Part shown: positions 21,914-31,612 of the stretch, piece after piece | Numbering within the stretch: the stretch's first letter is position 1 | Layout: each line of letters begins with the position of its first letter | Assembly (NCBI GenBank): GCA_902583585.1 | Contig: CACHWN010000001.1 | Span: 32,831 to 96,830 of the forward strand | Direction: 5' to 3' | DNA length: 64,000 nucleotides | Origin: an uncultured Pelagibacteraceae bacterium | Lineage (GTDB): Bacteria > Pseudomonadota > Alphaproteobacteria > Pelagibacterales > Pelagibacteraceae | Translations under genes and position numbers: made by a program | The notes under the pieces: generated by a model | Seen by the model: the letters and a program-made list of their open reading frames with translations, nothing else | Told to the model about the DNA's origin: nothing | Database searches by the model: none

Positions 21914-22923
21914 AAAGATCTATTGAGACTGAAACTAGTTAGATTTTGTAAAATTCTTTTATCTTCAGTATCTGGAAAAATAGCTAAGGCGTCATAGGAA
22001 ACATTTACAAAGTACTCTGCTTTTTTAAATGAAGCTTCGACTGCTTTATATTTATTTATTAAAGTAAGAGTTTCATTAAAATCTTCTTCAGTTCTATTTT
22101 CTTTCTTCATTATCTCAGTTAAAAAACTTCTTTCTTTATCATTTCCTTTCTGAAATACTGAAATTAGTGGGAGAGTAGCTTTTCCTTCAAAAAAATCTTT
22201 GCCTATTTCTTTTCCAAATAATTTTTCTTTTGCATAATAATCGAGGGCATCATCTGCGATTTGAAATGCTAAACCTAAATTTTTTCCATATGATTCTAAT
22301 GCTTTTTTTTCTTTATCATTACTTTTAGATAAACAAGCACCTGTTTTAGTTGCAGCTGAAAAAAGTGATGCAGTTTTCAAATTTATTATATCAATATATG
22401 TTTCTTCTAAAAGATCAGCCTCCCCTTTATGCTGAAGTTGCATTACTTCACCCTGAGCAATTTTTGCAGATGTAGAAGACAATAGTTTTAAAATTTCTAA
22501 GTCACCATCTTCTACCATAATTTCAAAACATCTACTTAATAAATAGTCGCCAACTAAAATTGAAGATTGATTTCCCCAAATTGAATTTGTTGTTTGAGAT
22601 CCTCGTCTTAGCTTGCTTTCATCAATGACATCATCGTGTAACAGTGTTGCTGAGTGGATTAGTTCCACACAAGCTGCTAAATTTATATCTCTTACTTGTT
22701 CTTTGAAGCCCGTTAATTTTGCAGATCCTAGTGTTAATAGGGCTCTTAATCTTTTTCCACCTGAGCTAAGATGGTGATCGCTCATTTTCTCTATAAGGTC
22801 TACTTCACTTTTTAGCTTTTGTTGAATCAGCGTTTCTACTTTGTGGAGTTTTTTACTCAGAAGGTTTTTAAGTTCTAAGAAAGCAGAATTTGCTGATTTT
22901 TTAAGTGGTACTACTGATCCCAT
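21910..22923 (-). CDS. ispB: Long-chain polyprenyl diphosphate synthase
   Basis: GGKRLR, LLHDDVID..RRG, FQIADDALD, GKD..EGKxTLP. Confidence 0.9.
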   Translation of the reverse strand: MGSVVPLKKSANSAFLELKNLLSKKLHKVETLIQQKLKSEVDLIEKMSDHHLSSGGKRLRALLTLGSAKLTGFKEQVRDINLAACVELIHSATLLHDDVIDESKLRRGSQTTNSIWGNQSSILVGDYLLSRCFEIMVEDGDLEILKLLSSTSAKIAQGEVMQLQHKGEADLLEETYIDIINLKTASLFSAATKTGACLSKSNDKEKKALESYGKNLGLAFQIADDALDYYAKEKLFGKEIGKDFFEGKATLPLISVFQKGNDKERSFLTEIMKKENRTEEDFNETLTLINKYKAVEASFKKAEYFVNVSYDALAIFPDTEDKRILQNLTSFSLNRSF

Positions 22924-23069
22924 AGTTGTTATTTATATTTATTTTCACTGATAATAAATTTTTTTAATGGTACCGTGGTGACGCACCCATAATTCAACTA
23001 CAAGTAGCGCAATTATTAATTAAAATTTAAATTTTTGCTGCTATAAGAATAAATAATCATCGTAAATAT

Positions 23070-23882
23070 ATGTTTTCATTTTTAAAGAAAAAAAAAGTAG
23101 TACCACATGTTAGACTAACTGGGATTATTGGCTCAGGCGGTAGATTTAAACAAGGCATGGAGCTAGCTAACCAAAGAGATATTTTAAAGAAAGCTTTTTC
23201 AGTTAAAAAAATATCTCATGTTGCTATCTCTATCAACTCACCAGGAGGGTCACCAGTTCAATCACACTTAATTTACAGTTACATAAGACAACTGGCTGAA
23301 AAAAATAAAGTTAAAGTTATCGTTTTTGCAGAAGATGTTGCTGCCTCTGGAGGATATTTTATTGCTTGCGCTGGAGATGAAATATACGCAAACTCTAGTT
23401 CAATTATCGGTTCAATAGGAGTGATTTCTGCTTCCTTTGGTTTCAAAGATTTAATTCAAAAAATTGGAGTTGAAAGAAGAGTTTACACTGCTGGAAAAAA
23501 CAAAAGTACCTTAGATCCTTTTAAAGAGGAAAAAGAGGAGGATATAAAAAGATTAAAAACTATACAATTAGAGCTACATGAAGATTTTATTAAAATTGTA
23601 GAAAAAAGTAGAGGATCTAAGCTTAAAGACCCTGAAACAAATAATATTTTCACTGGAGAATTTTGGACAGGAAAAACATCGCTAAAACTTGGATTAATTG
23701 ATGGCATTGGTAATGCTGATCAAGTTTTAAAAGAAAAATTCGGCGAAAAAATAATAATAAAAACTTTTGAAAAATCAAAAGGTTTCATTGCAAGAAAACT
23801 TTCTTCATCATCTCAAGATCCTATTGAAAAATTAGCGAATATTGTTGAAGAAAAATCGATGTGGCAAAAATTTGGTTTATAA
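23070..23882 (+). CDS. S49 family peptidase (SppA/SohB-like)
   Basis: INSPGGS, DVAASGGY, GSIGV, FTGEFWTG. Confidence 0.9.
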   Translation: MFSFLKKKKVVPHVRLTGIIGSGGRFKQGMELANQRDILKKAFSVKKISHVAISINSPGGSPVQSHLIYSYIRQLAEKNKVKVIVFAEDVAASGGYFIACAGDEIYANSSSIIGSIGVISASFGFKDLIQKIGVERRVYTAGKNKSTLDPFKEEKEEDIKRLKTIQLELHEDFIKIVEKSRGSKLKDPETNNIFTGEFWTGKTSLKLGLIDGIGNADQVLKEKFGEKIIIKTFEKSKGFIARKLSSSSQDPIEKLANIVEEKSMWQKFGL

Positions 23883-24767
23883 ATGCCAGTTAAAAAAAAA
23901 GTTAAACAAAAACTAAACTTTCTATCTTTTCAAGAAATAATTATGAACCTTCAAAAATTTTGGGGAAAAAACGGATGTGTAATTTTACAACCCTATGATA
24001 TGGAAGTTGGCGCGGGAACTTTTCACCCAGCGACAACTTTAAGATCACTTGGCCCTAAACCTTGGAAGGCTGCGTACGTACAGCCATCCAGAAGACCTTC
24101 AGATGGCAGGTATGGTGAAAATCCAAATCGACTTCAACATTATTATCAATATCAAGTAATTATAAAACCTTCTCCAAAAAATATTAAACAACTTTATTTA
24201 AAAAGTTTATCGGCTATAGGTATTGATGTAAAAAATCATGACATTCGTTTTGTCGAAGATGATTGGGAAAGTCCAACTTTAGGAGCATCAGGATTAGGAT
24301 GGGAAGTTTGGTGCGATGGAATGGAGATAACTCAATTTACTTACTTTCAACAAATGACAGGTGTGGAGTGTAAACCTGTTCCAGTTGAAATTACCTATGG
24401 TCTAGAAAGACTATGTATGTTTGTTCAAGGAAAAAATAATGTTTTTGATCTGGATTGGAATAATGACGGCGTGAAGTATAAAGAGGTTTTTTTTCAAGCT
24501 GAAAAAGAATTTTCTGCTTATAATTTTGAGTTTGCTAATACTGATACTTTACTAAAAAGTTTTGAAAATACCGAAAATGAGTGTAAATCCCTGCTCGAAA
24601 AAAAACTTTCATTACCAGCTTATGATCAATGTCTAAAAGCTAGCCATATATTTAACTTATTAGACGCTCGTGGAGTAATTGGTGTTGCAGAAAGGACTGG
24701 CTATATTACCAGGATAAGGGAGCTGGCAAAAGGTTGCGGAGCCTTATGGCTAAGCTCACAAACTTAA
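23883..24767 (+). CDS. glyQ: Glycyl-tRNA synthetase alpha subunit
   Basis: [28 protein letters not shown]. Confidence 0.98.
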   Translation: MPVKKKVKQKLNFLSFQEIIMNLQKFWGKNGCVILQPYDMEVGAGTFHPATTLRSLGPKPWKAAYVQPSRRPSDGRYGENPNRLQHYYQYQVIIKPSPKNIKQLYLKSLSAIGIDVKNHDIRFVEDDWESPTLGASGLGWEVWCDGMEITQFTYFQQMTGVECKPVPVEITYGLERLCMFVQGKNNVFDLDWNNDGVKYKEVFFQAEKEFSAYNFEFANTDTLLKSFENTENECKSLLEKKLSLPAYDQCLKASHIFNLLDARGVIGVAERTGYITRIRELAKGCGALWLSSQT

Positions 24768-24770
24768 ATT

Positions 24771-26825
24771 ATGGCAGAATTTTTATTGGAATTATATAGT
24801 GAGGAAATTCCACCACAATTACAAATAGCAGCAAGGTCTCAGATAAGACAATATATTGAAAACTCTTTTAAAGAGAACAATATAAAATATAAAGAATTAT
24901 CTGTTTACTCTTCACCATCAAGACTAACATTATTTACAAAAGATCTTGCTGAAAAAATTAAAATAGAGGCTAAACAAATCAAAGGACCCAAGGTAGGTTC
25001 TCCTGAAAAAGTAATACAAGGTTTCATAAGATCTAAAAACGTAAATGAGGAAGACTTAATTAAAAAAAACACTGATAAAGGGGAATTTTATTTTATTAAA
25101 ACACAATCACAATCAATCTTAGTTGAAGATCTATTAATCAAATTTATTCCAAAAGCAATCGGATCAATTAACTGGAAAAAATCAATGAAATGGTCAGACC
25201 ATACTTTGATGTGGGGTAGGCCGCTGAGGTCAATTTTTGCAAAGTTTAACAATAAAAAATTAAAATTCAAATTTGAACATTTTGACACTACCGATGAGGT
25301 AATTATTGAACAAGATTTAAATACAAAAACTAAAAAAATAAAAGATTTCAACGATTACTTAAATTTTTTAAAAAGCAGTAAAATAATCGTAGATCATAAG
25401 GAAAGAGAAGAGATTATACTTAAAAAGATCAGTTCATTTTCCAAATCTAAACAATATAAAGAGAAACTAAATCCAAAACTTTTAGAAGAAGTCGTTAATA
25501 TTGTAGAGGATCCAAATTTACTCCATGTAAGCTTTAGTAAAGATTATCTTGAAATACCTAAAGAAATTATAATCTCAACTCTAGAGAAACATCAGAGATA
25601 TTTCCCGATTTTTGATAGTAAAGATCGATTAACTAATTACTTTTTTGTAGTAGCAAATAAAAAAGATGAAAAAAAATTAATTACCCAAGGTAACAAAAGA
25701 GTTGTAGAAGCAAGACTTACAGATGCCAAATTTTTTTGGGATAAAGATAAATCTAAAAATCTTATCAAACAAATAGCCAGTCTAAAATCAGTAACTTTTT
25801 ATGAAAAACTCGGGACTATTTACGACAAAACACAAAGATTAAGACAGTTGGCCGCTTTATTATCTGATGATTTAAATATTAACAAAGAAAAAGCTCAAGT
25901 TGCAGCTTCAATTTCTAAATCCGATTTATGTTCTGACTTAGTTGGTGAATATCCAGAACTTCAAGGCGTAATGGGAAAATATTTTGCGTTAGCACAAGGT
26001 TTCGAGGAAGATATAGCTAATTCAGTTAGTGATCATTATTTACCAACAGGACTAACATCAGTTATACCTAAAAAGCCTTTTAGCTACTCTATTTCAATTG
26101 TTGATAAGATAGATACCTTAGTTGGATTTTTTGTAATTGATGAAAAACCTACGAGTTCAAAAGATCCTTTTGCTTTAAGACGAGCTGCTATTGGATTGCT
26201 TAGAATAATTATTGAAAACAAACTATTTTTCAAGCTAAGAGATTTAATTAGTTACTCCATTAGACTTTACCGAGAACAAGGTGTTGAAATAATTAATGAA
26301 AAGACAGAACAAGATGTTCTAGAATTTATAAAGGAAAGAATGCGAAACGTATTAAAATTGAAAAATATTAAGACTGATATTATTGAGGCCTCAGTCAGTT
26401 CTCACGCTGGAGATAATTTCTTAGCACTTTATGCAAAAACAATTTTAATGAATAAATACAAAAATAAAGGAATTGGCTTTAACGCGATCAGTTCGTATAA
26501 AAGAGCCTCAAACATTTTAGATAAAGCCGGGAAGGGAATTACGGGAAGACCCGACGCTGTTTTATTTAGAAAAGATGAAGAAAAAATACTTCATGAAAAA
26601 ATAAATGAGATTCGAAAAGCTTTTACAGTTAAAGATGATAATAAAGACTATGAAAGCTTGTTGATAAAGCTTTCTGACACAAAGGAGTCAACTGATAATT
26701 TTTTTGACAATGTCGTGGTAAATGATGAAAATCAAGATATTAAAAATAATCGATTAGAGTTGTTAAAAATGTTCTGTAATACTTTTGATAACTTTATCGA
26801 TTTTTCAAAATTAGAAGGTTTATAA
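24771..26825 (+). CDS. glyS: Glycyl-tRNA synthetase beta subunit
   Basis: LLELYSEEIP, HQRYF, EYPELQGVMG, SKDPFALRR, NRLxLL. Confidence 0.96.
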   Translation: MAEFLLELYSEEIPPQLQIAARSQIRQYIENSFKENNIKYKELSVYSSPSRLTLFTKDLAEKIKIEAKQIKGPKVGSPEKVIQGFIRSKNVNEEDLIKKNTDKGEFYFIKTQSQSILVEDLLIKFIPKAIGSINWKKSMKWSDHTLMWGRPLRSIFAKFNNKKLKFKFEHFDTTDEVIIEQDLNTKTKKIKDFNDYLNFLKSSKIIVDHKEREEIILKKISSFSKSKQYKEKLNPKLLEEVVNIVEDPNLLHVSFSKDYLEIPKEIIISTLEKHQRYFPIFDSKDRLTNYFFVVANKKDEKKLITQGNKRVVEARLTDAKFFWDKDKSKNLIKQIASLKSVTFYEKLGTIYDKTQRLRQLAALLSDDLNINKEKAQVAASISKSDLCSDLVGEYPELQGVMGKYFALAQGFEEDIANSVSDHYLPTGLTSVIPKKPFSYSISIVDKIDTLVGFFVIDEKPTSSKDPFALRRAAIGLLRIIIENKLFFKLRDLISYSIRLYREQGVEIINEKTEQDVLEFIKERMRNVLKLKNIKTDIIEASVSSHAGDNFLALYAKTILMNKYKNKGIGFNAISSYKRASNILDKAGKGITGRPDAVLFRKDEEKILHEKINEIRKAFTVKDDNKDYESLLIKLSDTKESTDNFFDNVVVNDENQDIKNNRLELLKMFCNTFDNFIDFSKLEGL

Positions 26826-29485
26826 TGGTAAAAGTTGTATTTAGTTTTGATGATAAATCTGCAAGGAAATTAAAGAATAAAAAAAAAATTTTAGGCGGCA
26901 AAGGTGCCAATCTTGGTGAAATGGGAAGATTAGGTTTACCTGTTCCTCCTGGATTTACCATTACAACAGATGTTTGCGATCTTTTTTATAAAAATAAAAA
27001 AAGACTTCCTAAAAATGTTATTAAAAGCATTGAGCTGGAACTTAAAAATATTGAAAAGAAAACCAATAAGAAGTTTGGTGATCTTAAAAATCCTCTTTTA
27101 GTCTCAGTAAGATCTGGTGCGAGAGTCTCTATGCCTGGCATGATGGATACCATTCTGAATCTTGGCTTAAATGATAAAACAGTAGAGTCATTAAAAAAGA
27201 AAACATCAAACGGTAGGTTTGCTAAAGATAGCTATAGAAGATTTATACAAATGTATAGCAATGTAGTTTTAGGTGTAGAAGGGCATCTGTTTGAAGAGCT
27301 AATTGATAATTACAAGTTAACCAAAGGAGTTTTGTTAGATACAGATTTAGACGAAAGCGATTGGGATGGCTTAATTGTTAATTACAAAGAGCTAGTAAAA
27401 AAAGAAAAAAAAATTAATTTTCCTCAGGACGTCAAAGAACAATTATTAGGAGCAATAAATGCAGTATTTTTATCTTGGGACAGTCAAAGAGCGAAAACTT
27501 ATAGAAAATTAAATCAAATTCCAGATCACTGGGGAACAGCTGTAAATGTTCAAGCTATGGTTTTTGGAAATATGGGTGATGATTGTTCAACAGGCGTTGC
27601 CTTTACAAGAAATCCTTCGACAGGAGAAAATTCTTTCTTTGGAGAATTTCTAATTAATGCGCAAGGTGAAGATGTTGTAGCGGGTACTAGAACTCCTCAA
27701 TACATCACTAAAAAAGCAAAAAAAGACTCAGGGTCTAAAGATCCTTCAATGGAAGAGGCTATGCCCAAAATTTATAAAGAACTTGCAAAGATATTTCTCA
27801 AGTTAGAAAAGCATTATAGAGATATGCAAGACATCGAGTTTACAGTTGAAAATAATAAACTTTGGATGTTACAAACAAGATCTGGAAAAAGAACAGCTAA
27901 AGCTGCAATAAAAATTGCAGTGGATATGGTTAAAGAGAAATTAATTTCAAAAAAAGAAGCAATTAAAAGAATTAATCCTAATACTTTAGATACTTTACTA
28001 CATCCTACTTTAGACGAAAAAGTTGAGAAAGAGGTAATTGCTTCGGGATTACCGGCCTCACCAGGAGCTGCAAGTGGTAAAGCTGTTTTCACTGCTGATG
28101 AAGCAGAGAAATTAAACGGGATGATGCAAGATACAATATTAGTGAGATTAGAAACTTCACCAGAAGATATACATGGAATGCATGCAGCTAAAGGAATTCT
28201 TACTGCAAGAGGTGGCATGACTAGTCATGCTGCGGTTGTAGCACGAGGAATGGGGAGACCATGTGTTTCGGGCTCAAGCGAAATTATAATCGATTATGAG
28301 TTAAAACAATTTAAAGCTGGAGAAGTGATCATTAAAGAAGGAGATATTATTACTATAGATGGTGGAAGTGGAAAAGTAATGAAAGGATTAGTTCCGACTG
28401 TTCAACCTGAAATTTCTGGATATTTTTCCACAATAATGAAATGGGCTGATGAATATAGAAAATTAAAAGTAAGAACAAATGCAGAAACAGAGGTGGACAG
28501 TAAAACGGCTAGAGAGTTTGGTGCTGAAGGAATTGGCCTATGTAGAACTGAGCATATGTTTTTTGATGAAGAGAGAATTTTATCTGTAAGACAAATGATT
28601 TTATCTAAATCAAAAGAAGATAGAAATAGCGCGCTAGATAAACTTCTACCCCACCAAAAAGAGGACTTTAAAAAAATATTTAAAGTTATGTCAGGTTTAC
28701 CTGTTACAGTAAGATTATTAGACCCACCACTTCATGAGTTTTTACCAAAAGCTGACAAAGACATAGAGGAAGTCGCAAGATCCTTAAATTTATCAGCGAA
28801 AGAAGTTAAAGATAGAATTTCAGAACTTCATGAAGAAAACCCTATGCTTGGACATAGAGGATGTAGACTTGGTATTTCTTTCCCAGAGATCTATGAGATG
28901 CAATGCAGAGCAATATTTGAAGCTATAGTCGAGTTAAAAAAGCAAAAAGTAAAAGCAGCTTTTGTAGAAATAATGATACCTTTAGTATCTACTGACTCTG
29001 AATTAAAAATTTTAAGAGATTTAGTAAATAAAATTGCCAAAGAAATAGAAAAAGAAAATAAATTAAAACTTGAATATATGGTCGGTACTATGATTGAATT
29101 ACCACGTGCTGCTTTACAAGCAACGTCTATTTCAAAACATGCTGATTTCTTTAGCTTTGGAACTAATGATTTAACTCAAACCACTTTTGGAATAAGCCGA
29201 GACGACTCAGGAAAATTTTTAAATGATTATATTGATAATAAAATTTTTGATATAGATCCATTTGTTAGTATTGATCAAAATGGAGTAGGTGAGTTAGTAG
29301 AAATAGCCTCTTTAAGAGGTAGAAAGACAAATAAAAATATAAAGCTCGGGATTTGCGGTGAACATGGCGGTGATCCAAAAAGTATTGAGTTTTGCTCTAG
29401 AACAGGCCTTAACTATGTTTCCTGCTCTCCATTCAGAGTACCAGTCGCAAGATTAGCTGCTGCTCAAGCAGAATTATCTAAATAA
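26825..29485 (+). CDS. ppdK: Pyruvate, phosphate dikinase
   Basis: LGGKGANL, SMPGMMDT, GGMTSHAAVVAR phospho-His motif, GTNDLTQ, CGEHGG. Confidence 0.98.
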   Translation: MVKVVFSFDDKSARKLKNKKKILGGKGANLGEMGRLGLPVPPGFTITTDVCDLFYKNKKRLPKNVIKSIELELKNIEKKTNKKFGDLKNPLLVSVRSGARVSMPGMMDTILNLGLNDKTVESLKKKTSNGRFAKDSYRRFIQMYSNVVLGVEGHLFEELIDNYKLTKGVLLDTDLDESDWDGLIVNYKELVKKEKKINFPQDVKEQLLGAINAVFLSWDSQRAKTYRKLNQIPDHWGTAVNVQAMVFGNMGDDCSTGVAFTRNPSTGENSFFGEFLINAQGEDVVAGTRTPQYITKKAKKDSGSKDPSMEEAMPKIYKELAKIFLKLEKHYRDMQDIEFTVENNKLWMLQTRSGKRTAKAAIKIAVDMVKEKLISKKEAIKRINPNTLDTLLHPTLDEKVEKEVIASGLPASPGAASGKAVFTADEAEKLNGMMQDTILVRLETSPEDIHGMHAAKGILTARGGMTSHAAVVARGMGRPCVSGSSEIIIDYELKQFKAGEVIIKEGDIITIDGGSGKVMKGLVPTVQPEISGYFSTIMKWADEYRKLKVRTNAETEVDSKTAREFGAEGIGLCRTEHMFFDEERILSVRQMILSKSKEDRNSALDKLLPHQKEDFKKIFKVMSGLPVTVRLLDPPLHEFLPKADKDIEEVARSLNLSAKEVKDRISELHEENPMLGHRGCRLGISFPEIYEMQCRAIFEAIVELKKQKVKAAFVEIMIPLVSTDSELKILRDLVNKIAKEIEKENKLKLEYMVGTMIELPRAALQATSISKHADFFSFGTNDLTQTTFGISRDDSGKFLNDYIDNKIFDIDPFVSIDQNGVGELVEIASLRGRKTNKNIKLGICGEHGGDPKSIEFCSRTGLNYVSCSPFRVPVARLAAAQAELSK

Positions 29486-30304
29486 TAAAGTTGTATCAAA
29501 TGATTTGGCGCTGTGAGTAATAGTACCAACTGAAATTCTATTTACACCTGTTTTCGATATTTGTTTAATATTTTTCAAAGTTGCATTTCCAGAATACTCT
29601 GTCTCATATTTATTTTTACAAAGCTTTAAGCAATTTTTTAATTGCGATAAGTTCATATTATCAAATAGTATTCTTTTAAATTTTAAACCTAGAATTTGTT
29701 TAAGTTGATTTAAATTTTCAACTTCGACTGTAACAATTTTTTTTGTTTTTATAGCTTTCTTAACTAATTCCCTAAGACCATTGGATACACTTATATGATT
29801 ATCTTTAATTAGAATTTCATCACTTAAATTATATCTATGATTATAGCCACCACCTTTTTTGACAGCATACTTTTCAAGTGTTCTCAAATTAGGTGTAGTT
29901 TTTCTTGTACAACAGACCTTAGTCTTTTTACCAATTTTTTTAACAAATTGATTAGTAATTGTTGCGATACCTGATGCATGATTTAGAAAATTCAAAGCAG
30001 TTCTTTCAGCAATTAAAATTGTTTTTGTTTTAGCCTCTATATAAGCAATTATTTTATTTTTTTTTACTTTTTCTCCATCATAGAGTTTTTTTGTAAAAAT
30101 GGTTTCTTTTCCAATTAATTTAAAAGCTGTTTTACAAAATTCTAAACCAGCTATTACACCATCTTGTTTAGCTATTATTTGGGCTTTAATAATCTTATTT
30201 TTTGTACTTAGGATTTTTGTTGTGATATCACCCATAGGTTTCAGATCTTCGTCTAGAGCCTTTCTCACAGTCGATTTTATATAAAATTGATTTAATATTT
30301 GCAC
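29474..30304 (-). CDS. nadC: Quinolinate phosphoribosyltransferase
   Basis: ERTALN, TRKTTP, HRYNLSD, IKDNH, EVE, DN motifs. Confidence 0.95.
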   Translation of the reverse strand: MQILNQFYIKSTVRKALDEDLKPMGDITTKILSTKNKIIKAQIIAKQDGVIAGLEFCKTAFKLIGKETIFTKKLYDGEKVKKNKIIAYIEAKTKTILIAERTALNFLNHASGIATITNQFVKKIGKKTKVCCTRKTTPNLRTLEKYAVKKGGGYNHRYNLSDEILIKDNHISVSNGLRELVKKAIKTKKIVTVEVENLNQLKQILGLKFKRILFDNMNLSQLKNCLKLCKNKYETEYSGNATLKNIKQISKTGVNRISVGTITHSAKSFDTTLLFR

Positions 30305-30308
30305 TTAT

Positions 30309-31298
30309 CTAACGACCAATTTCGGTCATTCTAATTACAGACTTTCTTGCTGCTTTTATAGTTTTGCTATCTAATATAATCTCGTTAGTCTCATTTTCTA
30401 AACAATCTAATATTTTTTTTAAATTAATTTTTTTCATGTAAGGACATAAATTACATGGCTTGATAAAAGTTACATTCGGATTATCTGCTTCTACGTTGTC
30501 ACTCATTGAACATTCCGTTACCAACATAACTTTTTTAGGTTGTTTATTTTTCACATAATCAATCATCCCAGACGTTGATCCTGCAAAATCAGAAGCAGCA
30601 ATTACATCGGGCGGACATTCAGGATGAGCTATAATTTTAATTCCAGGATTATCTAATTTTATTTCCTCAATTTCTTTTCCAGTAAACTGTTCATGCACTA
30701 TACAAGTTCCTTTCCAAGAAATTATTTTGACCTTAGTATTTTTTGCTACATAATCTGCTAAATATTGATCAGGTAAAAAAATTACTTTATCTGCATTTAA
30801 AGACTCAACTACTTTTACTGCGTTAGCTGAAGTGCAACAAACATCAGTTTCTGCTTTAACGTCAGCAGAAGTATTTACATAAGAGACAACAGGAACGCCT
30901 GGAAACTTTTGTTTTAGCAATTTTACATCTTCACCTGTAATAGAATTAGATAAAGAGCAACCTGCCTGCATGTCAGGAAGAAATACTTTTTTTTCTGGAC
31001 ACATTAATTTTGCTGTTTCTGCCATGAAGTGAACCCCACACATAATAATCTTATCGGCTTTTGTTTTAGACGCCTCTACTGCTAACGCTAATGAGTCGGC
31101 AGATATATCTGCTACACCGTGGTAAATTTCTGGAGTTTGGTAGTTATGAGCAAGTATAATTGCATTTTTCTCTTTTTTAATTTTATTAATTTTCTCTATC
31201 AATGGAGCATGAATTTTCCATTCAGCTTCAGGAACGAATTTTGAGATTTTCTTATAAATCTCTTGAGTAGGGCTTAAATTTTGTTGTTGTACAGACAT
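30309..31298 (-). CDS. nadA: Quinolinate synthase
   Basis: LAHNYQ, CGVHFMAET, AGCSL, YVNTSA, HPEC, CxxM Fe-S cysteines. Confidence 0.96.
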   Translation of the reverse strand: MSVQQQNLSPTQEIYKKISKFVPEAEWKIHAPLIEKINKIKKEKNAIILAHNYQTPEIYHGVADISADSLALAVEASKTKADKIIMCGVHFMAETAKLMCPEKKVFLPDMQAGCSLSNSITGEDVKLLKQKFPGVPVVSYVNTSADVKAETDVCCTSANAVKVVESLNADKVIFLPDQYLADYVAKNTKVKIISWKGTCIVHEQFTGKEIEEIKLDNPGIKIIAHPECPPDVIAASDFAGSTSGMIDYVKNKQPKKVMLVTECSMSDNVEADNPNVTFIKPCNLCPYMKKINLKKILDCLENETNEIILDSKTIKAARKSVIRMTEIGR

Positions 31299-31359
31299 AC
31301 TAATTCCAATTTACCAACTTGAGATTAAATTGTCATTCATTTATTGTCGCATTATTATT

Positions 31360-31443
31360 GCGGTCGTGCTGAAATTGGTAGACAGGCACGCTTGAGGGGC
31401 GTGTGGGTTTCCCGTGAGAGTTCGAGTCTCTCCGACCGCACCA
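31360..31443 (+). tRNA. tRNA-Leu, anticodon GAG
   Basis: Acceptor GCGGTCG/CGACCGC-A-CCA; anticodon stem CACGC/GCGTG with loop TT-GAG-GG; long variable arm; T-arm GAGAG-TTCGAGT-CTCTC. Confidence 0.95.
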
Positions 31444-31484
31444 AAAATTGAACACTTTTTTGTAGCAAAATGTAAAATATTTAA

Positions 31485-31601
31485 ATGGAATTTTTTCAAA
31501 AAAATAAAAGAATTATCCTAATCATATTAATTGTTCTTTTTATCGAATTGAGTGGTTACGGTATACTTGCATCACTATCAAGACTTTTGAATGTTTTATG
31601 A
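31485..31601 (+). CDS. Putative 38-aa single-TM peptide or gene remnant
   Basis: Hand translation MEFFQKNKRIILIILIVLFIELSGYGILASLSRLLNVL*; below the ORF-track length cut-off. Confidence 0.35.
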   Translation: MEFFQKNKRIILIILIVLFIELSGYGILASLSRLLNVL

Positions 31602-31612
31602 TTAATAAAAAT

